Assembly: GCA_030390025.1 (NCBI GenBank)
Contig: CM059432.1
Location: 85,314,001-85,378,000 of the forward strand
Length of the DNA: 64,000 bases
From: Squalus acanthias
Taxonomy: Eukaryota
Direction of reading: 5' to 3'
A program made the position numbers and the translations under genes. Shown in pieces: positions 1-13,317 of this stretch. Each line of letters starts with the position of its first letter. The stretch's first letter is position 1. Under the pieces are notes generated by a model. It made no database searches and had not been told where the DNA came from. It saw nothing but the letters and a program-made list of their open reading frames with translations.

Positions 1-635
1 TGATTAGATCCCGATATCCCGGCCAGAAAGAGGCTGTCTGGGTTGCCTCCTTCCTTTCGCTTCCTCCTCTTCTGCTTCTTCCTCTTCTGCGTCTTCCTTT
101 TGTCTCTGCGAGCAGCTTGTCCCCTTTGCTACCTCTGCTTCATCTCCATGTGATGTTCCCAAGGGGAACTGCAACTAGAGCCCCCAGGACTGTGAGCAAG
201 TGATATTCTCAGAGATCGTTCTTTAACACCAAACCCTTGCAAGCGTCCAGCAACACTCCCTGCACACTTTAACAACTTTTTAAATCTATTGCACCAAGCC
301 ACTACTCCAATAAAATGTTAAAAGAAGTCCAAAAGCTAAGATCTAAACTTATCTGAAAGTTGTGTCTGACCCTTTAAGAAGCGTTTGCAGCATCTCTGTA
401 GTACTGCTGCACACATGTTCTTCCATGCGTGGTTTAGAGAGGGCAGTATCCAGAGCGCCGACGTCCAAAATTACAGTCATGTGACAATTCAGGCATTGCA
501 TCGGCAGCACTAACGACCTACCCAAAATGGCGGCCTCCATGTTCCGCGCCGGAAGCGGGCGGAAGTTAGGCGGCCCTCATTTTTTCATCAAAACCGGCCT
601 TAACGGCCGGTGCTAGACCTCCGAATTTCACGGTC
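1..635 (-). mobile_element. Internally deleted PIF/Harbinger fragment, truncated by the window start
   Basis: The reverse complement of 1-190 aligns to both the C-terminus (41040-41115) and the N-terminus (40131-40170) of the Harbinger transposase at 40 kb, fused together. A CpG-rich terminus ends at GAATTTCACGGTC. Confidence 0.6.
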
Positions 636-879
636 ATTTATTCTTACATTCTCACAAACCCATTGAAGGCACTGACTGTCACATCTCCATCTAATTGCCA
701 GGCCAGAGTGAAAGCCAATTATGGGCTTGACTTCTTTTTCTTGTATTGTTAAATACTGAATGTTGGCTCGTCCTCCTGCAGTAGCCTGGCATTCCCCGGC
801 ATTGTGTGTTGTCTTTTTCTGGAAGAGCAATGTTTAGTGTTAATTGGGTGCTGCAGTCTCCAGATTCTGCAATCAAAAG

Positions 880-2612
880 GGCCGCGATTTCCCCTACCTT
901 GGCAGGTCCGTGGCGGGCGATGTCGGTGGCGGGTCCCGACTCCAATGCTGGCTCCATCCCGGCCTCTGAAATGAATTTCCGTTGATTGGGCTTGTTAAGC
1001 CCGCCCAGTGAGTTTCCCAGCCAAATGAAGGAAGCAGGTCTGATGATGTCATTTGATGACGCGTCATCAGCCGGTTTCCTTAAAGGGGCCATGCACAAAT
1101 TTATTATGACATGTGTGCTGTCAGTGTTCTACAGCATTGAGGTGCTACAAACACTGACAAGCACTGCACAAAGGTGCATGGCTGCACCCAGGCTCTCCCA
1201 TGACTATGGAGGGAGTCACAGCACGCAGGGAGGTTCTCTTCCCTTCCAATGGGTGGAAGAGACCTCCCCAAGAGACCAACGCAGCCTGGTTGCACATTGC
1301 ACAGGAGGACACAAGCAGGGATGTCGTCAGGAGGACCAGGCTGCAGTGGCGCAAACTTTTCAATGATCTCAGTAGATCATGAAAGGTTAATGCAAAGCCA
1401 CACTCAACCTCATCCTGCTGTGCCACTCATCACATCCCCATCACTCTGCCTTCCCTACCCTACTCCTGCACATCTTTACTCACACCAACGTACCTTGCAC
1501 CTCCACCCATCCCTCTCTATCTACATTATCACTTCCCCATCTCACTAGCCACCTCTCACACTCACTCTCATCCTAGTGCAATCATACCAACTAACAAGAC
1601 ACAAGGGTATGCATTTGTGTGTTTTAGCCAATGTTCATGTGAAGTTTCTGTTAATGTGCTGTCAAACATTGAACTCTTTATTTTCAACGCTTTGCGTTCT
1701 TGGACAGATTGCTGTGCACCTTTGGAAGTGGTTTAGTGAGTTGCAGTGAATGGTGAGACATAACGGTACCCCCCACAATGGTGATGAGTTTAAAAGGAAT
1801 AGCTTGGGCATTGTAGGGATGCTTTATGATGTTGGTGTGGGGTGGTGTCAACCTGGCACATCATGTGGCAGCCGGTGTGTACAGTGTCAAGTGAAGTAAA
1901 TCTGGCCATGGTGAGGCCATCCCTGGTGTCCCGGGCAACAATGTGGTCGGGTGCTGATGCCCTGTGTCCTGTGCAGCATCAGTTGATTGCGAAGAAGGTT
2001 AGTGGTGTTGTTGGTGCTGCTGGTGTGCCTGGTGATGCTGGTGTTGGGGCTGATCGTGGTGGGATTCTGAGGACCAAGGTGAGAGAGTTTCAACGGCACC
2101 AATGCTGATGGAATAGATGGCAGGTGAACTAGAGATGACAGAAGCGATCTGTCAATAGTGGGAGAGGTAATGAGGTCAGACTGGATGGAGACTTGTGTAA
2201 AGATTTGCAGCATTCTGAATCTGTAGTAGAAGTGCAGTTTAGAGAAGCTAGTGGCTAAGGATAGTTATCTGAATCAGCTGGGAACTTTGATTTGACATTT
2301 GAAGCTGTCAACTCATCAGCTGAAACAATGGTAAGTGACCTCCCGCCTCAGCTTCACTGACGAGGTCTAGGCACAGCGGGAAAACAGTGGGCGACCTGTC
2401 AAAATCAAAAAGCTGGAAAAAAAGCATTGTTACGTGGCTGTAAACAAGCCACTAATGATTTCAATTACCTCCCCTACCACTGCATGTCGGGTCTGCTCAG
2501 CGCTGACAGACCCAACATTTGGTGGCGGCGGGTTGACAGCGGGGTCCCAACCCGCTGTCAAAAAAAAACATTTTCTCACCCGATCCGCCACCGCTCGTAC
2601 CTGCTGACCCCC
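880..2612 (+). mobile_element. Non-autonomous Harbinger deletion derivative (~1.75 kb), copy 1
   Basis: Colinear reverse-complement match to 45831-47618 along its length. Carries a Myb/SANT exon remnant and a Q-rich transposase N-terminal remnant on the opposite strand. Confidence 0.8.
1178..1385 (+). pseudogene. Harbinger Myb/SANT-like DNA-binding protein, exon 1 remnant
   Basis: EGVTARREVLFPSNG..W..IA....SRDVVRRT..Q.RK.FNDL aligns with exon 1 at 53654-53893. It ends at a donor-like AAG|GTTAAT. Confidence 0.7.
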
Positions 2613-3752
2613 AAGCAGTCAGTATATAGGTGGAATGGATCGTAGTAAGGGTAGGTGTCAGGGCGCAAGGACCTAGGCTGTGAGACTTCAGTGTGCTAGC
2701 ATGTATTGCAGGATGTGAAACACTGAACATGAGTGCTGTCAAGTGCCTTTGCTACAGGGACAAGATACATATGATACCCTAAAGGGCAATACTTGACACA
2801 TGTGCTTTTGGCGTTGTGGCGGTCCCACTCACAACCACAGCCACCTGCTTAGATAAGGCCCTAGCTGCTGCAAGTAATGGCTTCTTTCCTGGTATTCCAA
2901 CAATAGCATTCCTCTGTTTTCTAATTTATGGCAGCAGCAGTTCCACATCAGCCTCAGTAACTATTAGAACAATGTTAGATTTTTGCTTGACAATTTTAAG
3001 GACCAATATCAATTAAGAAATAATCCATGGTTATCCACATTCTCTAATTCTATTTTGCAACATTGAATATAAGAGCCTAGAACTTTGCTCCTTCTTGGCC
3101 GGAAGTCAGTAGTGCCGGCGTTGGGACTGCATGTTGGGGCAGAATCTTTCACTGCCAGATTTCCACCCCATGGAAGCAGCCACGGTAAATTCTGTTGTGG
3201 TGGACATGGGTGCTTCTTGCTTCCATGCCTTCCTGCCCTGACTTCAGTTTGGGGGCATATCTGGTGGCAATCTCAAACTCCCCTGAAAATACCGCTAAAT
3301 ATCCTGCCATAAGACCCAGTGGTACCTCCGGCTGCAGAAAGCAGGCATAGCTGAGCCAGATGTGTACCCACCAAGGGATCGACTGCTCTTCTGGATCTGC
3401 CAGTAAGGGATCAAATAAGAAAGTAATTTTCTACCTAAGAAACTTGGGCCGGCCTGTGTATCCCTCTGATGGCGTGGTACCATGTTGCTTTGACATTCGT
3501 TGGAGCGGTGTTCCTGTAGAGCTGCTACTTTTATGAGTCCCCCCCCCCACTCCCCCAATATGTTAACGACTCTGGTCCTGGGATTTGACAGAGCCAAGCC
3601 ACAGGCAGAAGTTCTGCCTCGCCACACTTCTGGCAACACCATTGCACCACCAGAATTTATACCCTTAGAAAATTACAGAAAATAATTTGTGGTGGTGTTA
3701 TATAGCAGAAAAGATGTGTTTTTTTAAAAGTTGCCCCAAATATATTTACATT

Positions 3753-4496
3753 GGCCCAGAAATTGATCTCGCTCTGTTCCCGCGGGGGTAAGGCTTCCCC
3801 GCGATCTCTCACTCCGCGTGTGCTTTTTCAGATCCAGCTCGCACGAACTTGATGTTCCAGACATCAGCTGGGCAGTGCTTGCGTATCCCAGCGGCGTAGT
3901 GAATTCGTGCGAGCTGTGGGATCACGTGACTCAGTTAGAGCCAATGGCAGCACACCATCTTCCATTCATAAGTTTTACATACGTGCTGTGAAATCTATGA
4001 ATCTTACACCCCCCCAAAATAACAGCTAAACCTCAATTAATTTTTTTTTAAAAACCATCACATTAATAAAATAAGTATAGTTAAATAAATTAACCATTTT
4101 AAATAAAAAATTAAATTTTTGAAAAAATTTAAAATCTTTTAAAAAGTTATAAAAATAAACTTACCTGTCTTTAAAGTCTCTAAAAAAGATATACCTGTTA
4201 AAAAAAAATCAAAAAAATACTTAATTCACTACTTACCTTGTTAAAAGTGGGTCTTACTCCTCCTTTTTCCATTTCTAAAATCTTCCGTACTTACCTGCGC
4301 GTCCAAAGCACAAAGTGCACAGCGTGCGCGCAGCCTGTAGCGCGCACGCGATGCACCGAGGAACCGCCCCCTTTTCAAAAGACCAAGTGCCGGTTTTCAG
4401 CGCATGCGCAGGGCATGCAGAAAACCGGCAATTGGAGAGAGAATACGCGAGAGTACGCAGTGCGTACTCTCGCGTCGCGGGATGAATTTTTGGCCC
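3753..4496 (+). mobile_element. Harbinger-type MITE family A, copy 1
   Basis: Imperfect TIR GGCCCAGAAATT/AATTTTTGGCCC with ATT TSD. Homologous to 15456-20684 and 27788-28552. Confidence 0.85.
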
Positions 4497-5005
4497 ATTA
4501 TTTCACTAATGGTAGGTGATAAAGATTAGGCCATAACTCTAACTGAAGTATGTTTTAATAATATTTGGAGTACTCTTACCTCAAATTAATATCTTTTCAA
4601 ACTATAATATGTTTTCTCTATCTGCTCTATGTCATGATCCTCTTAACAATATATGCCAATCTAAAATCATAAGGTTTCCCCACCCGAGAATGCACTCCTC
4701 CTTCATCCTGGGTGGGCCCGCTAGTTAAAATCTACACTATTTTGTAAATTTCAATTGGTTTCTGTCATTTTGGCTTTTTATTGCTCAACTGCCAGTCTGT
4801 GTAATTAAATGTTTCAAATCATTGAAACAAAATGCGATGCTGGCAGTATGTCAAAAATTAAGGGCCTTTGTCTGTCAAACTCACAGCAAAGATTCCTATT
4901 CAAATAGTTGCAGGACCTTATAAAATTCTTTCAGGTTTTTGGATTGCTAATGTGATGTCTTGTTGCTGTGTACTCTTTAGGGTCTATTTTATTGAAGAAA
5001 ACAAT

Positions 5006-6368
5006 GGGGCAGAAATTGCTGGGATTATAATGACACATTACCAGCGCTCATTAATTTGTAAAAAATCCAACAATTTGCGGCGTAAAAGAGATGCGCCATG
5101 TGTTCCGATTTGCCGCAAATTCCTGGACGATTTGTGCCGTTATGCCGTTAGCTTCGCCAAAGCAGATAAAACCTTCTCGCCGTGCGGCTGCCCATTGAAA
5201 TTAATAGCAATCATGAAATTGCTGGATTTACGACGTTAGTACGAATTATTCCCACCACAGCCATTTAGGGCTCATAATTAATATCACAGAGGACTCCCCT
5301 GTTAATGATGTGATTTATGGTCCTGACATTACAATCAACCTTGGAGGCCCAGAAAGGGAACAATGAAGCTGAGTCTCACTCCAGCAGGTAGTGAATTGCT
5401 CCGAGAGGTTTTTTAAACTTTTTATCTGTCTTGGCAGTATTTTTGTACCAGGCTTGCCATCCACACTCCTGTTAGTGTCAGAAGGCAATAATTTTCAAGA
5501 TGCAAAGCTGTTATGACACCCAGAAATGCAATTTAGATAGATTTCTTACAGAAAATAATATTTTGAGATGCAGTATAAGAGTAATTTGATACATGACGTG
5601 GCAAGTACAGCATGCTTGGGAGGAAAAAGGTGATTTTGGACTTATGGTTCCCAAAGCACTCCACCACTGGGGTTTTCCTCATGTCATTTGTAGACTAATT
5701 GATAGAGACTGATTGCTATGATTAGTCAACAACTCTATTATAATATCATGTGACTTTCAGGATGGTAGAAGGCGAACTAGATGGATCTTGGTCTTTTTTC
5801 ATCTAGCAATTCCTATATTCCTATGAAAGCAGTGCAATGATGTACCAACTGGGTGTTCCACTGTTTCTGATCATGATGGACAGGTCGCTGGTTCTATACT
5901 TCATAGGTCAAGAATGTTTGTACACTTCATACACCTACTTTGCCATTCACTCAACTTCTCAAGACCCAATACAATTCCCAAACACAACCGGGTTACAATA
6001 TCCTCTTCTGCTGATTTAAAAAAAAATCTTACTTTTCCTTTCTGTCTCTTTTTTCTCTCTCTCTTAATCCACTCTCTTTCTCTCTTTATTTTTCTTTCTG
6101 TCTCTAATTTGACTCTATTTCTTTCTCTGTCTTTCACTCTGTGCCTTTCTCTATTCTTATCTTTAATGATTCTATGATTGGTTAAGGAGATAAGTCATTG
6201 GGTATGATATTCATGAGATCCCAGATGCAACATTGACATCACTGCGCCATTAACCTATCGACGTTCCAGCAGCTTGCAGCGCAAATATAGTATGATATGA
6301 ACGGTGAGGTAAAAAGTCCAATTAACATCGTTTGCCATGAGATCCGCCATTACGTCTATATCTGGCTC
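5006..6368. mobile_element. Degenerate MITE-like element interrupted by a LINE 3' fragment
   Basis: GGGGCAGAAATT left end. 5950-6360 resembles the MITE family at 50174-50916 and 31046-33406. Confidence 0.4.
5520..5825 (+). mobile_element. CR1-like LINE 3' end fragment
   Basis: Ends in a TTCCTATATTCCTATG-type tail. Homologous to 29230-29495. Confidence 0.55.
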
Positions 6369-8597
6369 ATTGTCTTTGACCCTGAGGAAGCTTTAATTAT
6401 GCAATGCATGATCCGAGTCACCTGAAAGTCAAATGTTGTGAATCTATGCTAGACTGGCTTATCGCCCAAAGGCAGTTCTGTATATGAGAGTTAGAAGATC
6501 AATTTTAAATTGCTTTATTAAAGTACATTTTGGCTGTGCGATACCATTCATTATTATCTGGTTCCCCTAAGGGTCTGTTTACTAGAATTATCTATAAAAA
6601 TTTCAATTTACTGGTTGCTTTAAACATCCAAACCATTACAATTTAGTTTCATTACTGCTAATGATGGCATTTCTCTGCAGTGATGGAAAATATGACAATG
6701 GATGTCATGTCAATGGATCTGTATTTTATGTGAGTGATAATATGTTGCAGCAGAAACAATTGTTCAATTTTTAAATTGAATTTTTTGGGTGCACAAAACT
6801 AAATCACATTCAGCTCCTATCCCCAAAGTAGACTAGAATAATATTATTGTGCTATAATACACTATTAGTATGCAAACGTTCTTTTTTTAGATTATATCCA
6901 TATATTACTGTTAATCGGTGAGTAACATAGAAGACAAAATCATTCAGCTCATTACATTATCCAACTCCTGTTTCAAGACCCGATCTGACAGTTTTTCTTT
7001 CTGACCAGATCTGGCTTTCTGATACTAAACCCATATTCCTCTGCTCTTTGCTGATTCTGGAATTGATACAATTCTATTTTGATTGCTTTAACTGAACTTG
7101 CATCCACTGTACTAAGTAACAGCCTATTCCACAAATAAAAATGCTAAACATGAAGAAGTTGGGGAGATTTTTCATACCATTAATGGTCCATGTGTACCAG
7201 TTCACAGGGTACAACGGTATGGAAAAAGAGGCAGAGATCTGTATTGTTGGGTCTCTTCCCCTTTTGTGCCTGACAGACATTTCTGGAGGGCAATTGCAGG
7301 AAGCTCCTTCCTGAAACAGGTGGGACCATCATTAAGATATTGGGGTAGTGTTTCAGCTTTGGGCGCAATTTGTGCCAGAATCGCCGAGTTGAAAAGTGTT
7401 CTTTTTCCCCCGAGTTTCCGCTCAAACTCATTTGCATATCGGCGAACGCAAAATCTGCTATGAACCAGTACAATCAGGCATCATTTTAAAATGTAATTTT
7501 AAAAAATTTGCTTGAAAAAATATTCCTTGATATATTTAAGAGTGGTAACTTGGTAAAGTTTGATTAATACAACTGAAAATGTGTTTATCACAAAAAATAA
7601 GCATATTTAATCACAGTGTCAATTCACCACCTGTGAGTAAACCCCATTTTAAATTACTGAAAATGAATTTTAAAAAATGTACAAAAATATTTTCTAGTTA
7701 GTTTGGGTTCAGTACTCAGTTCCTTAGTAAATTAAAAAAAAATTACTTTCAAAACCTTTCAAAATGTACCTATTAGCGCCCAAAAGATCCAGCTTAATTT
7801 TTAGAGCCTTTTCGAACGCCTGCAAATGAGCGCAATTAGCGCAAACTCCCAATGATGATGAATTCACCCTGGAGGCCGTGGCCAGTTTTGTGGGTGGGCC
7901 TGCTTCTAGCGCAATGTTTTTAAAACTAGCACTAAAGATTGCGGAAACGCTAGTTGCGCTTAAAATTCCGCAATCTTTTACGCCGATTTCGGGCAAATTG
8001 CGACAGAAAAAACAGTGCAATCGAGCAGAAACTCCAGGCCTCTAGAATAAAATCAGAGTTCTTTGACCATCATAACGAGTCAGCGACAGGTGCAAATTGC
8101 ACCTATGTATAATGGTATTCAGGGTTTATAGGTGCTGAGCTCGATACGGCAGTACGTTTACAAGGCTCTTAAGAAGACTCATCCAACAGATTTTTGGCCA
8201 TTTCTGCACTATTTCTCTTCACTTTTCTTCTGCTGGCACTTAGATTCTCACAATTGTACCAATTGGCACTTTTTTTCCCCTTCAGCACCATTAGGAACAG
8301 AGGAATGTACAGGACTGGAAAAGTCCATTGACATTCATCCAGTCCACCCCAACGTCTGGAAAATTTATCCCACGATACCTGTCATAACCTCTGTCCATTA
8401 TTTCTCTAGGTAGTTATCCAACTCTTTTGAATTGGGTGATACAATCAGCTGCCACTGTTTCTACTAAGCAGTCCATGCCATATATTCACCACCCGCTATG
8501 TAAAGTAGTTAAATTTAAACTGGCTTTTCACCCTCCTGCTTCTACGTTTAAGGCTATGCTTTTTTGGTGTAGAATCTGTGACCATGTTAAACATATT

Positions 8598-8874
8598 GGG
8601 CTGGATTTTGTGGTAAAAATAATGGTGAGGCTAACAGTGCTCACCTCTGTTGACATGTAAATCGGACAGCAACTTCCGCCGACCGCACATGCATAGTTAA
8701 ACACGGAAATCAGGAAGTTGCTATCCGAGATGCCCTTCTCCGCCAGAAGCTGCACAATACCGAAAGACTCACCATTCAAATACATTGAATGGCGTGAAGT
8801 TCCAGTGCAAAAGCGCATGAAAAGTCTAGGGGCAAGTGCAAGTGTAACGAATGGCTGGTGCAAAATCCAGCCCC
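8598..8874. mobile_element. Short Harbinger-type MITE
   Basis: 13-bp TIR GGGCTGGATTTTG/CAAAATCCAGCCC with ATT flanks. Confidence 0.75.
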
Positions 8875-9199
8875 ATTGACGTTCATCTTGTCAGTACCCT
8901 TTAGGTTTTTAAGTACTTCTTTAATGTCCAACTGAACCTTCTCTTCTCATTCCCCAAAACTGAAGAAAAACAGCTGGCCTGTACCTGTCGCAACACCATT
9001 AGTGCTGTAGACTTGCTCAACTTCTCCATCACCTCCTCTTTGTTCCCACCAAATGATTCATCATTCCCCGCCCCTGCTATTTTCCCTTATTAAGTCCCCA
9101 TTTTCATGGCCTTAAGTCTGAGGCACCAAACTTAAATGCTCCTGGCACATGACTGTTCTTGTCATTTATCGTCAGATCTGAAGCACTGTCATGCCCACT

Positions 9200-10650
9200 T
9201 CTCCTCAGGCAAGGTTTCCGACCACTCCAGATTATCATGAAGGGCAATGATAATGATGAATATCTGATCAAACCTCTTGCCCCTGCCCCCTCCATCCTCA
9301 CCTCCAATAACAAGTGTGAAGTGGTTATGTATTTCTTTGTTGCTAACATTTAGATTATTTGTACAGCTATCTCTGTAGCCATTTTAACCTCCATTTCTCC
9401 CCTTGCTCCAACCATCCTCAGCTCTGATCCACCCTACCTCTGATGACCCATCACGCCACAGTTTCTCCCTCATCTGCCTCCTTGCCCTCTCCAAACTCAC
9501 CTGTCCCATGAGACTTACTTCCTTCTCCATCAATCCCCTCACCACTCAACCTTCCCTCCTGCTGCCCATGCTTGCTGATATTGTTAATGGTTCCCTTTCC
9601 TTTGTTACAGTCCCTCTTGCTTTCAAAAGGAAATTAACCTCTCCATGACATTTAATACTGTTGACAATGCCATCCTCTGCAACTGCCTCTCCGCTGTTGC
9701 CCAGCTCCGTGGGACTGCCCTTATAAGGTTCCATTTCTGCCTGTTTCAATGCAGCCAGTGATTCACCAGCAATATCTTCTTTCCCACCCCACATAATCCA
9801 TGTTTCCCTCCTCTTCCTCATCATATGTTACTCTTCAGTAACATTTTTTGCAGGCTTGAAGACAATCTCCAGTGTATGCTGATGATCCCCAAATTTACCA
9901 TTCCACCATTTCCCTCAACCCCACGATTCGAACACCTCCATGCTGGAAGACTGTCTGTTTTACATTGAGTTCTGGATGGGTAAAAATTCCTCCAACTGAA
10001 TACAGGAAAGACCCAGCGTTTTTAGCTGCTGCCATAAATTCTGTTCGCTTGCCATTGAATCCATTCCTCTCTCTGGCCACTCGCTCAGGCTATATCAGGC
10101 CATGCTAAAATGGATGTCCTGTTTGCCTAAGAGTTAAGTTTTATACCTTATATTCTATTCATCACCAAGACTCCTTACTTCTAACTCTCCTACTTCACCC
10201 CCACTGTTGCTAAAGTCCTTATTCATGCTTTTGTCACCTCTAAATTTCTCAAATACCCTGTTTTGCGGCCTATCATCCTTTAACTTGTCCAAAACTCAAT
10301 CTCCTGTACCACACTAAGTTCCATCACACCTCACCCTTGCTGACTTATATTGGTTTCCTGTCCCGCAGTGCATTGAACTTAAAAATCTTTGTCCTCATTT
10401 TCTGATCTCTCAGTGGCTTTATCCCACCCTACAACCTCCTCCCACTTGAATCAGTTCTCCAACTTTTGTGCATTCCCACCCCACCCCACCCCCCAGTCGC
10501 AAACATCAGTGGCAAAGCCTTCAGCCGCTTCAGTCCTACTCTCCAGAACTTTCTCCCTAAACTCCTCCACAGGCTACTTCTCTCTGCATCTTTAAAAACC
10601 TTCTTAAAACCCATCTGTTTGGCCAGTCTTTCCGTCATTTCTTCTAACCC
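9200..10650 (+). mobile_element. Degenerate L2-like LINE
   Basis: C/T-rich decayed RT with YADDPQIY at ~9875. An L2-type 3' tail resumes at ~11560-11660 after an inserted MITE. Confidence 0.65.
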
Positions 10651-10656
10651 TCACAC

Positions 10657-11560
10657 GGGGAAATTTTAACCTAAAAAAACGGGTAGGGGTAGTTAAAGTG
10701 TTAAAAATTGGTATCCTGATCTGAATCCGCCTCCAATGTGCCCACTTCCAACGGAGATGGGACGGTGGGGGGGGGGCGGAGGGGGTGGGGTGGGCAGCCA
10801 ATCTGCTGCCAGGAGGTGGGTCATCTATTTAAATATTATAATGAGGCTAGAAGCCTCTGCTTTAACCTCCATTTTGAATATTTACTTTAGCTGGTCGGGT
10901 TTTGCACGCCTTGTGAAACCCGCCAGCTAATGCAAGGCGAAGACTGCTGGATCCTGGAGGTAAGTGCCTTTACACTTAGCTCCTGAATCCAGGGTCCCTG
11001 CTTAACCCACCCCCTGCAATCGGAGACCCCCCACGAGGCCTCTGATCACCCCCCCCAGGCCTCCCCCCCACCGCTCCTCCGGCCACCCCGTGCTGCTCCT
11101 CCAGCCCCCGAACCCTTCAGACCTCCTCTCCCGTGCTGCTCCTCCAGCCCCCGATCCCTTCTGCATACCCCCACCCACCATGCTGCTCATCCGGCCCCTG
11201 ATCCTCTTCGGACCCCCATCCGGCCGCTCCCCAACCCCCAATCTTCTTCTTGGCCTCCCCAATCTTCTACCCAGCCCCCGATCTTCTTGCCAGCCTTCCC
11301 CCCCCCCCCCCCAATCTTCTACCCGGCACCCCCTCCGATCTTCTTCCAGGCCCCCCCTCCTCCCGATCTTCCCAGCCTCCCCGATCTTCTACCCGGCCCC
11401 CCGAACTTCTTCACCCCCCCCCCGATCTTCTTGCCGCCCCCGGCCCCCACCCAATCCCTCCCTCTCTCCTCTGTGCGGCCTTGTGCCGCAGGACTACCCA
11501 TCCGGAGCCAGCCAGCCTCTCAACCGTCCCCAACCCGCCTTCCCCATTAAAATTCAGCCC
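10657..11560 (+). mobile_element. MITE with C-rich CCGATC low-complexity core (family C)
   Basis: GGGGAAATTTTAA...TTAAAATTCAGCCC ends. The left end is homologous to 47824 and 58455. It interrupts the L2. Confidence 0.7.
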
Positions 11561-12667
11561 ACAGTGTTATCATTCCCTTGATTTTACTTTTCCCCCTTTG
11601 TAAAGCAATTTAGCACATTTTCTATGGTAACAGCGCTATGTAAGTGCAGGTTGTTGTTGTACTATCTAATTACATAATCTAAACTATTCTGAATTTTTTT
11701 TAAGTACTGGATGAAAGTTTAAATGTAATTTTTGTGTTAATTTGCACTGCATCTTTAATTTAATTAGCAGTGAGTTTATGATCTCCCTTTAGAACTTTGA
11801 CATAGCTAAAACGTGTGAGGATTTACATTTTTGATTGACACTCAAATGCTGTTCTGGAAGTAGAGCTAATCTTGTACAAACAGTATTGAAGTAAATCCTG
11901 GGATTTCAAGTGTTATAATTCAATTGTGTTTCTTTTTTTGCTTTTGCGTTGCTTTTATCATTAAACTTTACTACAGTGTGTCAAACAACTTATTTCTTTG
12001 TATTACTGACAATTCATTTACCTTTTTTAATCTGTTCATGCATCATCCAGCAACTGGGAAAGCAGAAAAAGGGGTTATGAACTTCCCTGAGACTTTTGAC
12101 AGCTGTGCAACCCCGTGACTTGGCAGCAAATCAGAGTTAGAAGTTTCACATTCTGTCATATGTAGAGTTGAGGATAACCATATCAGAATAGCGTGGATAT
12201 AAACACAAATGTGTGGCATATAAAATCCAGAGGGAATGTGTGTAATTTATTTGTGTTTGTGTATGTGCTTAAGATTAGCTGTTGTCTATGTGAGCTGTGT
12301 CAGTTCTCAACATATAACCTATTCATCTGTCTGGTATGTTAAGCCCTATATGTGTTATACCCCCAACAACACTAAGTCAGCAATGAGCGCCTGTTCTTCA
12401 CTTTTCTGTGATCTGATCATACTTCAGTGACACAATCTAATGGAATTGATCAACCCCACGGGTTAAAAATGAATAAAATTGATGAAAAGGATCAGTGCAA
12501 AATTTAAATTAAAACATATACCACAACATAGAGATATAAGAGGCAATTTTACAAAATGTTAATGGATTGAAAAAGATGAGGAACATACCTGAGATTTTCC
12601 AAACAGTAGTCCCAGGAGGTGAGGCTCCATATCAGGAGCTTACATTCATAAAATTATCCCAATAAAG

Positions 12668-12785
12668 TAAACTACAAATGCTGGAAATCTAAAATAAAAT
12701 GGAAAATACCAGAAATGCACAGCAGACCAGTCAGCATTTGAAGGAATAAGATAGGTTAAACTTTTAGGTGGGGCCCTTTTGAATT
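12668..12785 (-). mobile_element. Degenerate Penelope-like terminal fragment
   Basis: Similar to 61985-62100 (ATGCTGGAAATC...CAGCAG). Confidence 0.45.
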
Positions 12786-13118
12786 GCAATATATAGTGTC
12801 TTCAATGAACCCTCTGATATCGATAATCCTCTCTCTGATTACAACTACAATTTTACTGAAATATTTTCTTCAGCCATGTTAAAAGTGATCCACTTGGCAA
12901 CCTAATGAAGGTTGTAGAGGAAGTCATTATCCTACTGTATTCTGTGTCCACAAGAGACAGCAACAATGATGATTCGTTACTCTAAATGGGGAGTTTCTCA
13001 ACAACCCCTGAAAACCCTATCTTAGGAGATATCGCAAGCTTCCGTTTTACAAGAACGCAGATTTCAGGATACTGCAGGGCACTCTGCAACTCTAGCACAC
13101 TCTGCCATTGAGTAGTAG

Positions 13119-13317
13119 AAAATTGAGAGGTCGCACAACACCAGGTTATAGTCCAACAGTTTTATTTGAAATCACAAGCTTTCGGAGCTATCGATCGCCC
13201 CTTCCTCAGGTGAAGTAGTAAAGAAATACAGACTCGACAAAGCATATATAGATAGAGAACAATGCATGTGTACCTTACAATTTTGTCCACCCCAGTCCAA
13301 CACCGGCATCTCCGCAT
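13119..13317 (-). mobile_element. Penelope-like retroelement fragment with 13-bp TSD
   Basis: CATTGAGTAGTAG direct repeat at 13106-13118 and 13318-13330. Contains a hammerhead core on the minus strand. Confidence 0.75.
13172..13213 (-). ncRNA. Minimal hammerhead ribozyme
   Basis: Minus strand reads TCAC-CTGAGGA-AGGGGC(gatcgata)GCTCC-GAAA-GC-TT-GTGA: stems I and II, conserved core, palindromic stem III. Confidence 0.7.

Noticed and set aside
7287..8040. Additional MITE-like segments (also ~3075-3675, 27200-27690, 28830-29230, 35925-36440, 51343-51856)
   Set aside because: They are GC-rich and probably repeats, but I could not fix the TIR and TSD boundaries reliably by eye.
11002..11603. Proline-rich protein ORFs
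   Set aside because: They are translations of a C-rich low-complexity MITE core.
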